Source: Alphaproteobacteria bacterium (GTDB taxonomy: Bacteria > Pseudomonadota > Alphaproteobacteria > UBA828). Taken from it: 64,000 bases of DNA. Positions 40,036 to 50,857 of this stretch are shown piece after piece; within the stretch, counting starts at the first letter, position 1, and the number at the start of each line of letters is the position of its first letter. The stretch spans positions 3,296,001-3,360,000 of the forward strand of contig CBDEFM010000002.1 in NCBI GenBank assembly GCA_965237415.1. The letters run 5' to 3'. The notes beneath the pieces are model-generated. The model was given only the letters and a program-made list of their open reading frames with translations, was not told the origin of the DNA and ran no database searches. A program made the translations under genes and the position numbers.

Positions 40036-42839
40036 GGCCCGGCCTCGCTCTCGCCAGCCTCCTGCGCACGCAGCGCCGCACGCAGGCGGTGGGGCAGGGC
40101 CGGGACCTTGGTGACGCGCACGCCCGTCGCATGGCGGATCGCACCGAGGATCGCTGGCGCCGTCGGGACCAGGCCGGGCTCGCCCACGCCCTTGGCGCCG
40201 AAGGGACCTAAAGGCTCCGGGTCTTCGACGATGAGCACCTCGATCTCGGGCACATCGCCGATGGTCGGGATCAGATAGTCGTGCAGGTTCTCGGTCCGGC
40301 CGGGCAGGTATTCCTCCATCAGTGCGAGCCCGATGCCCTGGGCGATGCCGCCCTCGATCTGCCCCTCGACCTGGGTCGGGTTGATGGCGCGCCCGACGTC
40401 GTGGGCGGCGTAGATGCGGACCGGCGTCACGGTCCCGAGTTGGGTGTCGACATCGACCACAGCGATCTGGGCGCCGAAGGCGTAGGTGGCGTAGGGCGCG
40501 CCCTGGCCCTTGGCGTCGAGCGCCGTTGTCGGCGGGTCGAAGGTGCCGGTGCCTTCCAGCACAACGCCCCGCTCATCCGCCTTGAGCCGCTCAAGGTCGA
40601 TCTCCACCTGGCGCCCGCCGTCGCGGACCAGAACCTGAGCTCCCGTAAGCTCGATGGTGGCGTCGTCGGCGACATTGGCCTCGCGCAGAATCGCGGCGCG
40701 CAAGGCAGCGCCGGCGCGCTCGGCCGCCTTGCCCGAGACGAAAGTCTGGCGCGAGGCCGAGGTCTTGCCCGCGTCCTCGGTCCAGTCCGTGTCGCCGATG
40801 ACCTGGGCGATCCTGTCCGCCGCCACACCCAGTGCGTCCGCGCAGATCTGCGCGAGGATCGTGGTCGAGCCTTGGCCGATGTCGACGGCGCCGTTGTAGA
40901 GCGTGAGCCGGCCCTTCCGGTCGAGCGTGATCCGCATGGCGGAGGGGTTGCTGAGCGCGGTGTTGCCGATGCCGTACCACATGCAGCCGATGCCGACGCC
41001 CCGCCGTAGCGGACCGTCTTGCGCGTTGGCCCGGGCTGAGTCTTCGAGCGCACGCTGCCAGCGCGGCTTGAGCGCCTCCAGGCAGGGGACGAGCCCGGCA
41101 CTGGCTTCGAGTATCTGGCCGGTCGCCGTCGCATCGCCCGCGCGGAGCGCGTTCTTGAGGCGAAGCTCCAGCCGGTCCATGCCGAGCCTGGCGGCGAGGT
41201 CGTCCATCAGCGCCTCGTGGGCGATGGCGGCCTGCGGCACGCCGAAGCCGCGAAACGCGCCGGCCGGCGGTCCGTTGGTGTATATGGCCCGGCCCCGCGC
41301 CGAGACAGCGGGCACGGCATAGGGGCCGGTGGCGTGGACCGGCACGCGGCCTGCCACGGTCGGCCCCCAGGAGGCATAGGCGCCGGTATCGAAGGTGGCG
41401 TCGAACGCGACCGCCTGCAGCTTGCCGTCACCGTCGCAGCCGAAACGCGCCTCGATCGCCGCGGGATGGCGCTTGGTGCTCGCCATCATGCTCTCGGGCC
41501 GCTCGTAGACGCAGGCGACCGGCGCGCCGGTGAGCCAGGCGGCGAGCGCTGTGAGCGGCTGAATCGAGACGTCGAGCTTGCCACCGAAGCCGCCGCCGCA
41601 GGCGCTCGGCACGATCCGCACCTGCGAAGGCGCGAGGCCGAGGACCTCTGCCGTCATGTCCCGGTCCATGACCGGCGTCTGCGTCGAGACGAAGAGCTCG
41701 ACGCGGTCGCCCAGGCGACGTGCCCAGCCGGCCTCGGGCTCGATATAGGCGTGCTCGACGAAGGCGGTCTCGAAGCGCCCTTCGGCCGTCACGGCAGAGC
41801 CCGCGAGTGCCTTTGCGGCATCGCCGCGCTCGACCCCGCCCTCGATCAGGCGGTTGTCCTCCAGATTGTCGTGGACCAGGGGTGCGTCCGTCGCGCGGGC
41901 CTCGTCCAGGCCGTGCACCGGCGGCAGCGGCTCGTAGCGGATGGGCAAATCTTCGTCTCGCACCGCGACGATCGCCTCGCGCGTGCCCACCAGCGCCACC
42001 ACGGGGTCGCCCCGGTAGCGCACGACTTCCTCGGCCAGCACCGGCTGGTCGCGCAAGTCGGGATAGATGCCGATGCGGTTGGAGGGCACGTCGGCGGCGG
42101 TGAGCACGCGTGCCACGCCTTGCCACGCGCCGGCTGCTGCCGCGATGTCGCCGAACACGACCCGCGCCGACTCATGAGGCGACCGAATGACCCTGAGCCA
42201 GAGCGCGCCCGCCGGCACGGCGTCGGCACCATAGCGCTCCGCACCGGTGAGCTTGGGCACGCCGTCGAGCTTGGCAAGTCGGGCGCCGACGGCCGCGCCG
42301 GGCGGCGGTGTGCTGAGCGGCTGCGGCGCATCGCCTGCCGCGTCGAGCACCGCTGCCACGATCTTGCGATAGCCGGTGCAGCGGCAGAGGACGCCGCCGA
42401 GGCCGTCCATGACCTCCGCCGCGCTGGGGCGCGGGCAGGCGCGCAAAACCTCGGTCGCGGCGATCAGCATTCCGGGCGTGCAGGCGCCGCATTGCGCCGC
42501 ACCATGGCGCAGAAAGGCCCGCTGCAGGCGGTTGAGCCGGCCATTCTGCGCGAGCCCCTCCACGGTCTCCACGCTGCGCCCTGCAGCCTGGGCCAGCGAC
42601 ACCATGCAGCTGCACACCTGTGCGCCGTCGAGCAGCACCGTGCAGGCGCCGCAGTCGCCGGCGTTGCATCCCACCTTGGTGCCGGTGAGGGCGAGATCGT
42701 CGCGGAGCGCATCGGCAAGGCGGCGCAGTGGCGGCGCCGATACCCTCACCGACCGCCCGTTGACCGTGAAGGCGATGGCGCCTGTAACCGTCGCCGCGCC
42801 CGCGGGGTCGGTGCCGCCGTCGAGGCTCCGCGCGCTCAC
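40032..42839 (-). CDS. Xanthine dehydrogenase-family Mo enzyme with fused 2Fe-2S and Mo-binding domains (probable nicotinate dehydrogenase)
   Basis: GTKVGCNAGDCGACT, QCGACTPG, LCRCTGY, GGGFGGK, AFRGFG, TSASRQT, AKGVGE. Confidence 0.9.
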   Translation of the reverse strand: MSARSLDGGTDPAGAATVTGAIAFTVNGRSVRVSAPPLRRLADALRDDLALTGTKVGCNAGDCGACTVLLDGAQVCSCMVSLAQAAGRSVETVEGLAQNGRLNRLQRAFLRHGAAQCGACTPGMLIAATEVLRACPRPSAAEVMDGLGGVLCRCTGYRKIVAAVLDAAGDAPQPLSTPPPGAAVGARLAKLDGVPKLTGAERYGADAVPAGALWLRVIRSPHESARVVFGDIAAAAGAWQGVARVLTAADVPSNRIGIYPDLRDQPVLAEEVVRYRGDPVVALVGTREAIVAVRDEDLPIRYEPLPPVHGLDEARATDAPLVHDNLEDNRLIEGGVERGDAAKALAGSAVTAEGRFETAFVEHAYIEPEAGWARRLGDRVELFVSTQTPVMDRDMTAEVLGLAPSQVRIVPSACGGGFGGKLDVSIQPLTALAAWLTGAPVACVYERPESMMASTKRHPAAIEARFGCDGDGKLQAVAFDATFDTGAYASWGPTVAGRVPVHATGPYAVPAVSARGRAIYTNGPPAGAFRGFGVPQAAIAHEALMDDLAARLGMDRLELRLKNALRAGDATATGQILEASAGLVPCLEALKPRWQRALEDSARANAQDGPLRRGVGIGCMWYGIGNTALSNPSAMRITLDRKGRLTLYNGAVDIGQGSTTILAQICADALGVAADRIAQVIGDTDWTEDAGKTSASRQTFVSGKAAERAGAALRAAILREANVADDATIELTGAQVLVRDGGRQVEIDLERLKADERGVVLEGTGTFDPPTTALDAKGQGAPYATYAFGAQIAVVDVDTQLGTVTPVRIYAAHDVGRAINPTQVEGQIEGGIAQGIGLALMEEYLPGRTENLHDYLIPTIGDVPEIEVLIVEDPEPLGPFGAKGVGEPGLVPTAPAILGAIRHATGVRVTKVPALPHRLRAALRAQEAGESEAGP

Positions 42840-43684
42840 ATCATGCTCCCAAGCTCGGCAAGCGTGCGCGCCGTCAGCGTGCGGGCGGCGTCGAGGCGAT
42901 AGGCGGCGGAGCCTCGCGCATCGTCAATCGGCGCTAGGGGTGCCATGTGCGCGTCCGTCACAGCGTCGCCGAGCGCCGCGTCGCACGGGTGGCCGAGGAG
43001 CGCCTCCTCCAGCGCCGATAGCCGGCGCGCGACCGGTGAGCAGGCACCGACCGCGACCTGGGCGCGGGCAACGCGGTCAGCCGCGTCGGCCTCCAGCACG
43101 GCTGCCACCATCACGATGGAGATCACCAGATAACGCCGGGTGCCGAGCTTGAGGAAGTGCCCGCGCGCCCGTTCGGCGCGAGGCTTAGGGATGCGGACCG
43201 CCACCATGAGCTGGTCGGGCCCAAGCGTCGTCTCCCGATTGCCGCGCACGAAGTCGGCGAGCGGCATCGTCTCGCGCCGCTCCAACGAGGCGAGCTCCAC
43301 CTCGGCGTCCAGGCTGAGAAGCACCGGCACGCCGTCCGCTGCCGGCGAGGCGTTGCACAGATTGCCGCAGAGCGTGCCGGCGTTTTGCACCTGACGGCCG
43401 CCGATCTCGCGGGCGGCGAGCTTCAGGCCATCGAACCAGGGGGGCAGGTCCGCATGGACCAGGTCGGTCCAGGTCGCGAGCGCCGGAATGCGCCAGTGAT
43501 CGTCCCGCTCCTCGATCGCGCAGAGCGCGGGGAGGGCGGTGATGTCGAGCACGTCGTCGTCGAGCGGCGCACCCACCCGCGCGGGGTAGAAGTCGGTGCC
43601 GCCGGCCAGCACCGTGAGCCGGCGGCTGCTCAGCGCCGCGAGCGCATCGTCAAGCGCGGTGGGTCGCAGGTATCCCGGCATCAC
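42836..43684 (-). CDS. FAD-binding subunit of Mo hydroxylase
   Basis: AGGTDFY, QVQNAGTLCGNLCNASPAAD, DDARGSAAYR. Confidence 0.92.
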   Translation of the reverse strand: MMPGYLRPTALDDALAALSSRRLTVLAGGTDFYPARVGAPLDDDVLDITALPALCAIEERDDHWRIPALATWTDLVHADLPPWFDGLKLAAREIGGRQVQNAGTLCGNLCNASPAADGVPVLLSLDAEVELASLERRETMPLADFVRGNRETTLGPDQLMVAVRIPKPRAERARGHFLKLGTRRYLVISIVMVAAVLEADAADRVARAQVAVGACSPVARRLSALEEALLGHPCDAALGDAVTDAHMAPLAPIDDARGSAAYRLDAARTLTARTLAELGSMM

Positions 43685-43815
43685 GGCAGTCTCATTCCCG
43701 TGCCCATGATACCGGAGAGGACGGCTCCCGGCGCGTTCCCCCTGCGCCAGTCAACGCGCCGCGCGATCCCGCCCGGCAAGGGCGTGGCCCGGAGCGTTCT
43801 CGTCAGGCGCTCGCG

Positions 43816-44451
43816 TCAGCTGCCGGGGTCGGGGAGCTCGTCCCCGTAAAGCCACGGCCGGGCGGTCTTCTGCTTCGCCTCGAAAGCGTCGATCTCGGCG
43901 GCCTTGGCCATCGTAATGCCGATGTCGTCGAGCCCGTTCAGCAGACGGTGCTTGCGGAAGGGCTCGATCTCGAAACCGATGGTGGCGCCGCTCGACCGCG
44001 TGATCGTCTGCGCCTCCAGATCGACCGTCATCCGGCAGGTCTGAGAGTTGCCGGCGTCGTCCATCAGTGCATTCGCGTCGTCATCGCCCAGCGTGACGAG
44101 GAGGATGCCGTTCTTCACGCAGTTGTTGAAGAAGATGTCGGCGAAGCTCGGCGCGATCACGCAGCGGATGCCGAAATCCTCGAGCGACCAGGGGGCGTGC
44201 TCGCGGCTCGACCCGCAGCCGAAATTCTGGCCCGCGACCAGGATGCGGGCCTCGCGCCAGGGCGCCCGGTTGAGGACGAAGTCCGGGACCTCCTTGTCCT
44301 CCATGTCGTAACGGAAGTCGTGGAAGAGCCCTTTGCCGAGCCCGGCGCGGCTGATCGCGGTGAGGTACTGTTTGGGAATCAGCTGGTCGGTGTCGACGTT
44401 GATCATCGGCAGCGCCGCCGCCGGGCCGGAGAGGGTCGTGAAGGTCCGCAT
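43816..44451 (-). CDS. leuD: 3-isopropylmalate dehydratase small subunit
   Basis: [27 protein letters not shown]. Confidence 0.96.
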   Translation of the reverse strand: MRTFTTLSGPAAALPMINVDTDQLIPKQYLTAISRAGLGKGLFHDFRYDMEDKEVPDFVLNRAPWREARILVAGQNFGCGSSREHAPWSLEDFGIRCVIAPSFADIFFNNCVKNGILLVTLGDDDANALMDDAGNSQTCRMTVDLEAQTITRSSGATIGFEIEPFRKHRLLNGLDDIGITMAKAAEIDAFEAKQKTARPWLYGDELPDPGS

Positions 44452-44463
44452 ATCGGGCCCTCC

Positions 44464-45882
44464 TCAGGACAAGAGCGCGCGGACGTCGACGAAACGTCCG
44501 CTGACGGCGGCGGCGGCGGCCATCGCCGGGCTCACCAGATGGGTGCGCCCGCCGCGGCCCTGGCGGCCCTTGAAATTGCGGTTGGAGGTGGACGCGCAGC
44601 GCTCGCCCGGTGCGAGCTTGTCGTCGTTCATGGCGATGCACATGGAGCAGCCCGCGTCCCGCCACTCGAAGCCGGCGTCGAGGAAGATGCGGTCGAGCCC
44701 TTCCTCCTCGGCCTGGCGCTTCACCAGGCCGGAGCCCGGCACCACCATGGCGCCCACGCTTGCCGGCACCCTGCGCCCCTTGGCGACGGCGGCGGCGGCG
44801 CGCAGATCCTCGATCCGACCGTTTGTGCAGGAGCCGATGAAGACCCGATCCACGGCCACGCCCTCGATGGGCGTGTCGGGCTCGAGCGCCATATAGTCGA
44901 GGGCCTGGGAGATCGCCTCGCGGTGCATCTCGTCGGTCGCTGCGGCCGGGTCGGGCGTCCGCCCCGTCACCGGGATCACGTCCTCCGGGCTCGTGCCCCA
45001 GGTGATCTGCGGCGCGATGTCCTGCGCATCGATTTTGGCTTCCTTGTCGTAGGCCGCGCCTTCGTCGGAGGCGAGCGTCCGCCAATGGTCCATGGCCTGG
45101 TCCCACGCCGCGCCCGACGGCGCCATCGGGCGGCCCTTGAGATAGGCGAAGGTGGTCTCGTCCGGCGCGATGAGCCCTGCGCGCGCGCCGCCTTCGATGG
45201 TCATGTTGCAGACCGTCATCCGCCCTTCCATGGAAAGCGCGCGGATCGCGGGGCCGGCGTACTCGACGACATGGCCGGTGCCGCCTGCGGTGCCGATCTC
45301 GCCGATGATGGCGAGGATCATGTCCTTGCCGGTGATGCCCGCGGGCAGGTCGCCGGCGACCGTGATGCGCATGTTGCGCGGGCGCTTCTGGTTCAGCGTC
45401 TGGGTCGCGAGCACATGCTCGACCTCGCTGGAGCCGATGCCGAAGGCGAGGCAGCCGAAGGCGCCATGGGTGGCGGTGTGGCTGTCGCCGCAGACGAGCG
45501 TCGCCCCCGGCAGCGTCAGGCCCTGCTCCGGCCCGATGATGTGGACGATGCCCTGGCGCACATCCGTCAGCGGGATCAGGGGGACTCCGAACCTCTCGCA
45601 GTTCGCGATCAGCGCCTCCACCTGGCTGCGCCCGAGGGGGTCGCCGATGCCTTCGACGCCGGCCGCGCGGCCCCTGGTCGGGATCGAATGGTCGGGCACG
45701 CCCAGAGTGGCGTCGGGGCGGCGCACCGGGCGCCCGTCCTCGGCCATGCGCTCGAAGCCGGTCCAGCTCGTCACCTCGTGGATGAGGTGCTTGTCGACAT
45801 AGAGGAGCGTGGTGCCGTCGTCGTTCTCGGCCACCACGTGGCTCTCCCAGATTTTGTCGAACAGGGTCTTGGGGCCACTCAT
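44464..45882 (-). CDS. leuC: 3-isopropylmalate dehydratase large subunit
   Basis: [31 protein letters not shown]. Confidence 0.97.
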   Translation of the reverse strand: MSGPKTLFDKIWESHVVAENDDGTTLLYVDKHLIHEVTSWTGFERMAEDGRPVRRPDATLGVPDHSIPTRGRAAGVEGIGDPLGRSQVEALIANCERFGVPLIPLTDVRQGIVHIIGPEQGLTLPGATLVCGDSHTATHGAFGCLAFGIGSSEVEHVLATQTLNQKRPRNMRITVAGDLPAGITGKDMILAIIGEIGTAGGTGHVVEYAGPAIRALSMEGRMTVCNMTIEGGARAGLIAPDETTFAYLKGRPMAPSGAAWDQAMDHWRTLASDEGAAYDKEAKIDAQDIAPQITWGTSPEDVIPVTGRTPDPAAATDEMHREAISQALDYMALEPDTPIEGVAVDRVFIGSCTNGRIEDLRAAAAVAKGRRVPASVGAMVVPGSGLVKRQAEEEGLDRIFLDAGFEWRDAGCSMCIAMNDDKLAPGERCASTSNRNFKGRQGRGGRTHLVSPAMAAAAAVSGRFVDVRALLS

Positions 45883-45913
45883 CGGTGTCCTCCCGCGGCG
45901 ATGGCGAGGCCGG

Positions 45914-46330
45914 TCAATCGGCAGGTGCGGCGGTTTCCCGGGACTTGGCGGCGGCCTTCTTCGCGCCGCGGTCGTCGCGCTTCTCGCGGATGCGGGCCGA
46001 TTTGCCGCGCCGGCCGCGCAGATAGTAGAGCTTGGCCCGGCGCACCGCCCCCCGCTTCATCACCTCGATCTTCGCGATGCGCGGCGAATGCAGCGGAAAG
46101 ATCCGCTCTACCCCCTCGCCATAGGAGATCTTGCGGACGGTGAAGGAGGAGTTGAGGCTCCGGTTCCGCCGGGCGATGCAGACGCCCTCGAACACCTGCA
46201 CCCGCTCGCGGGTCCCTTCCACCACCTTGACGTGGACGCGGAGCGTATCGCCGGGCCCGAACACCGGGACCTCCCGCGCCTCCACGAGCTTCTCCACGGC
46301 TTCGGCGTTCAGCTGCTCGATCATGTTCAC
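45914..46330 (-). CDS. rplS: 50S ribosomal protein L19
   Basis: [37 protein letters not shown]; GTG 46330 after GAGGA. Confidence 0.96.
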   Translation of the reverse strand: MNMIEQLNAEAVEKLVEAREVPVFGPGDTLRVHVKVVEGTRERVQVFEGVCIARRNRSLNSSFTVRKISYGEGVERIFPLHSPRIAKIEVMKRGAVRRAKLYYLRGRRGKSARIREKRDDRGAKKAAAKSRETAAPAD

Positions 46331-46340
46331 GGCACTATCC

Positions 46341-47144
46341 TCACGGTCTTGGGCGCGTCGCGCCCGCTGGCGCGCCACTCATCGTCGCGCCCGCTGGCGC
46401 GCCCACACAGCGGCGCGCTTGATGGCGTGCCCACAGGTCGGCACGCCGTGTTCTGGTTACATGTTCCGCCTGCGCGCGGCGCCAGGCGTCGATGGCGCCG
46501 TGGTCGCCGGAGAGTAGAACCTCCGGCACGGCGCGGCCTTCGAAGAGGCGGGGGCGCGTGTATTGCGGGTATTCCAGCAGGTCGTCCTCGAAACTCTCCT
46601 CGACCAGCGACGAGGGCCGGCCGACCACGCCGGGCAGCAGCCGCACGCAGGCGTCGATCACCGCCATCGCGGCGATCTCCCCGCCCGAGAGCACGTAGTC
46701 GCCGACGCTGAGCTCGGTAACGCCACGGCCTTCCAGCACACGCTCGTCAACTCCCTCGAAACGGCCGCAGATCAACGTGATGCCGGGGCCGCCTGCCAAC
46801 GCCTTCACCTGCTCCTGAGTCAGCGGGGCACCGCGCGGCGAGAGCAGGAAGCGCGGCGCGCCACCCTCTGCCGGCCCAACGGAATCGATGGCCGCTGCCA
46901 GGACATCGGGGCGCATGACCATACCCGCCCCACCGCCGAACGGATGATCGTCGACGGTGCCGTGTTTATCGCGCGCAAAGCGGCGGATGTCCACCGTTTC
47001 CAGCCGCCAGAGGCCGGAATCGAGGCCGCGGCCGGCGAGCGCGGCGCCGAGCGGGCCCGGAAAGACCTCGGGGTAGAGGGTGAGCACCCGCGCCCACCAG
47101 GGCGGGGCGCTCGCCGGCCCGTCATCGCGCGGGCTGGCCGTCAC
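46341..47144 (-). CDS. trmD: tRNA (guanine-N1)-methyltransferase
   Basis: [37 protein letters not shown]. Confidence 0.95.
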   Translation of the reverse strand: MTASPRDDGPASAPPWWARVLTLYPEVFPGPLGAALAGRGLDSGLWRLETVDIRRFARDKHGTVDDHPFGGGAGMVMRPDVLAAAIDSVGPAEGGAPRFLLSPRGAPLTQEQVKALAGGPGITLICGRFEGVDERVLEGRGVTELSVGDYVLSGGEIAAMAVIDACVRLLPGVVGRPSSLVEESFEDDLLEYPQYTRPRLFEGRAVPEVLLSGDHGAIDAWRRAQAEHVTRTRRADLWARHQARRCVGAPAGATMSGAPAGATRPRP

Positions 47145-47740
47145 GAGCCGTCCTCCGCCGCAACGACGACGACCATGCGGCCGGCCTCTATATCGATGGC
47201 GGGCACATGCTCCCGCGTGAAGGGGACGAGGGTGGAGGGGCCGTCAGGCGGCTGAATCTCGACGATAGGCCCGGCGCCGTGATCGTGTATCGCGCTGACC
47301 CGGCCGAGGGCATCGCCATCTGCATTCTCTGCCCGAAGGCCGAGGAGATCGACGTGGTAGAACTCCTCGCCCTCCGTCGGCGGCAACGCCGCGCGCGCGA
47401 TATGGAGGTCGGTGCCGCGCAGCGCCTCCGCCCCGTTTCGGTCGTCCACGCCCTCGATGCAGGCGAGCAGCATGCCCTTGACGTGCCCGGTGACCGAAAG
47501 GGTGAAGCGCCGGGCGCCGGAAGCGTCGCTCAGCGCGCCGTAGGCGGTGAGGTCGTCCGGGTTCGCCGTATAGCTCTGCACGCGCACGATGCCGCGCACG
47601 CCGTGGGCACCCACGATCCGCCCGAGGCAGACCGTCTTCGCCCGACTTTCCCCTGCCGGTGCCGGCTCGATCGGCGCGGCAGCCCCGCCATGAGCGCCGG
47701 GTGCGGCCTCAGTCGGCGGCTTTCTCTTCGGCCTTGCCAT
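47141..47740 (-). CDS. rimM: Ribosome maturation factor
   Basis: [38 protein letters not shown]; start uncertain. Confidence 0.9.
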   Translation of the reverse strand: MARPKRKPPTEAAPGAHGGAAAPIEPAPAGESRAKTVCLGRIVGAHGVRGIVRVQSYTANPDDLTAYGALSDASGARRFTLSVTGHVKGMLLACIEGVDDRNGAEALRGTDLHIARAALPPTEGEEFYHVDLLGLRAENADGDALGRVSAIHDHGAGPIVEIQPPDGPSTLVPFTREHVPAIDIEAGRMVVVVAAEDGS

Positions 47741-48323
47741 CGCCTGTGCTGGCCTCGTCGGCGGCGGACTCCTCGGGCGCAGCCTCACCGGCGGCGGCCT
47801 CTTCGGGTGCGGCCTCATCGGCGGCGGCCTCTTCGGGTGCGGCCTCTGCGGGGGCAGCTTCCTCGGGAGCAGCCTCTTCGGGAGCAGCTTCCTCGGGAGC
47901 AGCTTCCTCGGGAGTAGCCTCTTCGGGGGCAGCTTCCTCGGGCGCGGCCTCTGCGGGGGCTTCCGCCTGGGCGCTGGCAGCCGCCGCGGCCTTCTCGGCC
48001 CGTGCCGCCTGGCGCTCCAGCGCCTTCGCCTTGGGTTGGGCCTTCTGAGGATTGTTGCGCTGCGCCGGCATCGGAATGATCTCGGCGGCGCCGAGGAAGC
48101 GCGCGACGCGGTCCGACGGCAGCGCGCCGACGTCGAGCCAGTGGCGCACGCGCTCGACATTGAGGCGCACACGCTCCGGATGGTCCTTCGGCAGCATCGG
48201 GTCGAAGGTCCCGAGCCTTTCCAGGAAGCGGCCGTCGCGGGGCTTGCGGCTGTCGGCCACGACGACACGGTAGAACGGGCGCTTCTTGGCGCCCGCGCGG
48301 GATAGGCGAATCTTCAGTGCCAT
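47709..48323 (-). CDS. rpsP: 30S ribosomal protein S16 with long acidic tail
   Basis: [28 protein letters not shown]. Confidence 0.95.
   Translation of the reverse strand: MALKIRLSRAGAKKRPFYRVVVADSRKPRDGRFLERLGTFDPMLPKDHPERVRLNVERVRHWLDVGALPSDRVARFLGAAEIIPMPAQRNNPQKAQPKAKALERQAARAEKAAAAASAQAEAPAEAAPEEAAPEEATPEEAAPEEAAPEEAAPEEAAPAEAAPEEAAADEAAPEEAAAGEAAPEESAADEASTGDGKAEEKAAD
47755..47962 (-). repeat. 15-bp coding tandem repeat (EEAAP-type, about 13 units) in rpsP tail
   Basis: Degenerate units such as CTCGGGAGCAGCTTC/CTCGGGCGCGGCCTC in tandem. Confidence 0.85.
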
Positions 48324-48356
48324 GCTCTCTCCACTCCTTTTGCCGGAGGTTAGGGG

Positions 48357-49712
48357 TCAGCGGGGCGGCATCAGACCGGGTATTCCGGCCCGCATGAGGC
48401 CTTTCTCGCCCAGCTTGTTCGCCCGCTTCATCACGAGGTTCATCTGCTTCACCTGCTTGAGCAGGCGGTTCACGTCCTGCACGGCGGTGCCCGAGCCCCC
48501 GGCGACACGCCGCTTGCGCGAACTGTTCAGCACCTTCGGGTTGCGCCGCTCGGCGGGCGTCATCGAGCTGATGATCGCCTGCTGGCGGTCGAGCAGCTTC
48601 ACGTCGACATTGGCCTCCGCGAGCTGGCGCTTCACCTTGCCGACGCCTGGCAGCATGCCGAGCAGCCCTTCCATGCCGCCCATCTTCCGCACCTGCTGGA
48701 TCTGCTTCGAGAGATCGTCGAGGTCGAAGCCGCCCTTTTTGGCCTTCCGCGCAAGGCGCACGGCCTCTTCGCGATCGATCGTCTCCTGCGCCCTCTCGAC
48801 CAGCGAGACCACGTCGCCCATGCCGAGGATGCGGGACGCGATCCGGTCCGGGTGGAAGGGCTCGATGGCGTCGAGCTTCTCGCCGACGCCGATGAGCTTG
48901 ATTGGGCAGCCGGTCACCGCGCGCATGCTGAGCGCGGCACCCCCGCGCCCGTCGCCATCCACCCTGGTGAGCGCGATGCCGGTGAGGCCGATCCGCTCAT
49001 GGAAGGTGCCGGCGCTGGTGACGGCGTCCTGGCCGGTCAGCGCGTCCGCCACGAGCAGAGTCTCCGCCGGCGTGGCGATGTCGCGCACCGCCGCGCATTC
49101 GGCCATCAGCTCGTCGTCCACGTGGAGGCGGCCGGCGGTATCGAGCAGGACCACATCGTGCCCCTCCTGCGCACCCGCCTTCATCGCGCGCCGCGCAATC
49201 GCGACCGCCGTCTCGCCGGGGACGACCGGCAACACGTCGACCTCGGCCAGCACGCCGAGCGTCGCCAGCTGCTCCATGGCTGCTGGCCGGCTGGTGTCGA
49301 GCGAGGCCATCAATACGCGCTTCTTGTGGCTCACGCGCAGGAAGCGGCCGAGCTTGGCAGTCGTGGTGGTCTTGCCGGAGCCCTGGAGGCCCACCAAGAG
49401 GACCGCCGCGGGCGGGCTGGCGGCGGCGATGGCGATCTCGGCGGTCTCGCCGCCCAGCATCTCGACCAGGTGATCGTTCACGATCTTGATCACCTGCTGG
49501 CCGGGCGCGACGCTCTTCAGCACGTCGCCGCCGACCGCCTTCGCGCTCACGCCAGCGATGAAGTCCTTGACGACCGGGAGCGCCACGTCCGCCTCAAGCA
49601 GGGCGATCCGCACGTCGCGGAGCGCGGCGCTCACGTCCGCCTCGCTCAGCGCACCGCGCCGAGTCAGCGTCTCGAAGACCCCGTTGAGCCTGGATGACAG
49701 ACTGTCGAACAC
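48357..49712 (-). CDS. ffh: Signal recognition particle protein
   Basis: ALLEADV, GLQGSGKTT, DTAGR, DGDGRGG, RILGMGD, M domain. Confidence 0.97.
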   Translation of the reverse strand: MFDSLSSRLNGVFETLTRRGALSEADVSAALRDVRIALLEADVALPVVKDFIAGVSAKAVGGDVLKSVAPGQQVIKIVNDHLVEMLGGETAEIAIAAASPPAAVLLVGLQGSGKTTTTAKLGRFLRVSHKKRVLMASLDTSRPAAMEQLATLGVLAEVDVLPVVPGETAVAIARRAMKAGAQEGHDVVLLDTAGRLHVDDELMAECAAVRDIATPAETLLVADALTGQDAVTSAGTFHERIGLTGIALTRVDGDGRGGAALSMRAVTGCPIKLIGVGEKLDAIEPFHPDRIASRILGMGDVVSLVERAQETIDREEAVRLARKAKKGGFDLDDLSKQIQQVRKMGGMEGLLGMLPGVGKVKRQLAEANVDVKLLDRQQAIISSMTPAERRNPKVLNSSRKRRVAGGSGTAVQDVNRLLKQVKQMNLVMKRANKLGEKGLMRAGIPGLMPPR

Positions 49713-49739
49713 GCGCCGCTCCCGCCCCAACGAGCCCAG

Positions 49740-49783
49740 CGCCGGTGCGCGAAACTCGCGGACCGGCGTCCCTCCTCGAAGGG
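49740..49783 (-). ncRNA. Structured ffh leader (probable alphaproteobacterial ffh RNA motif)
   Basis: Hairpins CGCCGGT-C-CGCGA..TCGCG-C-ACCGGCG and CCCT..AGGG directly upstream of ffh; family assignment from position only. Confidence 0.5.
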
Positions 49784-49978
49784 TGGCCTGTTACAACCTC
49801 TCGAAGCGGGCGGACTCTAGCCCGAAATTCTCACCAATGTCACGGTCTGCGTCGCGGAACGCGCGCGGAGCGCACGAAGCGCGGCACGCAAGCGTCTGCC
49901 TCGGCGCTTGAGATCGTGTCAGTCGGCGCGCGGGTCTGGCGCCGACCGACGCTCCAGCTTGTTGACGTTGAACACGTC

Positions 49979-50857
49979 TCAGAGGTCGTCGTTCCGCACC
50001 GAGCCACATCCGGCGCTCTCATTGCCGATCGCGGCCGGACTCCATGTCACCGGTGCGCTCAACGGTGAGGCGACCGGCCTCTCCCCCCGGCGGGTCACAC
50101 GATCGAAGACCTCGCGGTAGTCCGGATGCTCCGTGCCGGCCAGGCGATCCCACCAGGTAAAATAGAGGCCGTAATTGGACCCCATGGAGCTGTGATGAAG
50201 GTCGTGATGTGTGTTCGTGGTCAAGACACCGAGCACCGCATGCGCCGGCATGCCTCGCGGAAACAGCTCGAAGCCGCTGTGGCCGACAACGTTCCGGACG
50301 ATCATGTGGAGCATGAACAGGTATATGACCGTGACGTGCAGCGGCAGGACAAATATGAGGATTGTCAGGAACATCGCCTGAATCACGGCCTCCACGGGCG
50401 CAAAGGCATACGCCGCCCAGGGCGACGGGCTGTGCGATTCATGATGCAGCCGGTGAAACCGCTCGAACATGCGCGGATGGTGCATCAGGCGATGCGTCCA
50501 GTAGAAATAGGCATCGTGAAGCACGATGGCCACGGCCAGACTGAAGGCGCCGTAAAGCCAGCCGTAATCCGCGAAATCCGTGTAAATGAGCGTCCAGCCG
50601 TTCGCCATCGAGACGTAGATGAAGACGCCGTTAAGCGCAAAGATGAACGCCGTGAGAAGCGAATAGAATACCTCGCGCCGGATCGCGTGGGACGGCGCGA
50701 AGCCAGGCTGAATCTTGCGCCGGCGGAAGGGATTACCCTTCCAGACGTAGAGGGCCAGAAACGCGACACCCGCCGGAACGACAATGAGCAGAAGGTGCGC
50801 AGCGAGAATCGTGGGCCACGCCGGCAAGGCCGTGCTCAAGTCTTCGAAACCGGCCAT
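49979..50857 (-). CDS. Sterol desaturase/fatty acid hydroxylase family
   Basis: His boxes YWTHRLMH, FHRLHH, GHSG, HHDLHH; NYGLYFTWWD. Confidence 0.92.
   Translation of the reverse strand: MAGFEDLSTALPAWPTILAAHLLLIVVPAGVAFLALYVWKGNPFRRRKIQPGFAPSHAIRREVFYSLLTAFIFALNGVFIYVSMANGWTLIYTDFADYGWLYGAFSLAVAIVLHDAYFYWTHRLMHHPRMFERFHRLHHESHSPSPWAAYAFAPVEAVIQAMFLTILIFVLPLHVTVIYLFMLHMIVRNVVGHSGFELFPRGMPAHAVLGVLTTNTHHDLHHSSMGSNYGLYFTWWDRLAGTEHPDYREVFDRVTRRGERPVASPLSAPVTWSPAAIGNESAGCGSVRNDDL

Noticed and set aside
46356-46403. 21-bp direct repeat (27-bp period) at the trmD 3' end
   Set aside because: Encodes GAPAGAT twice in a non-conserved tail; likely a local slippage duplication
47755-47962. Regular repeats resembling a CRISPR array
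   Set aside because: No spacers, 15-bp in-frame units coding EEAAP, no cas genes
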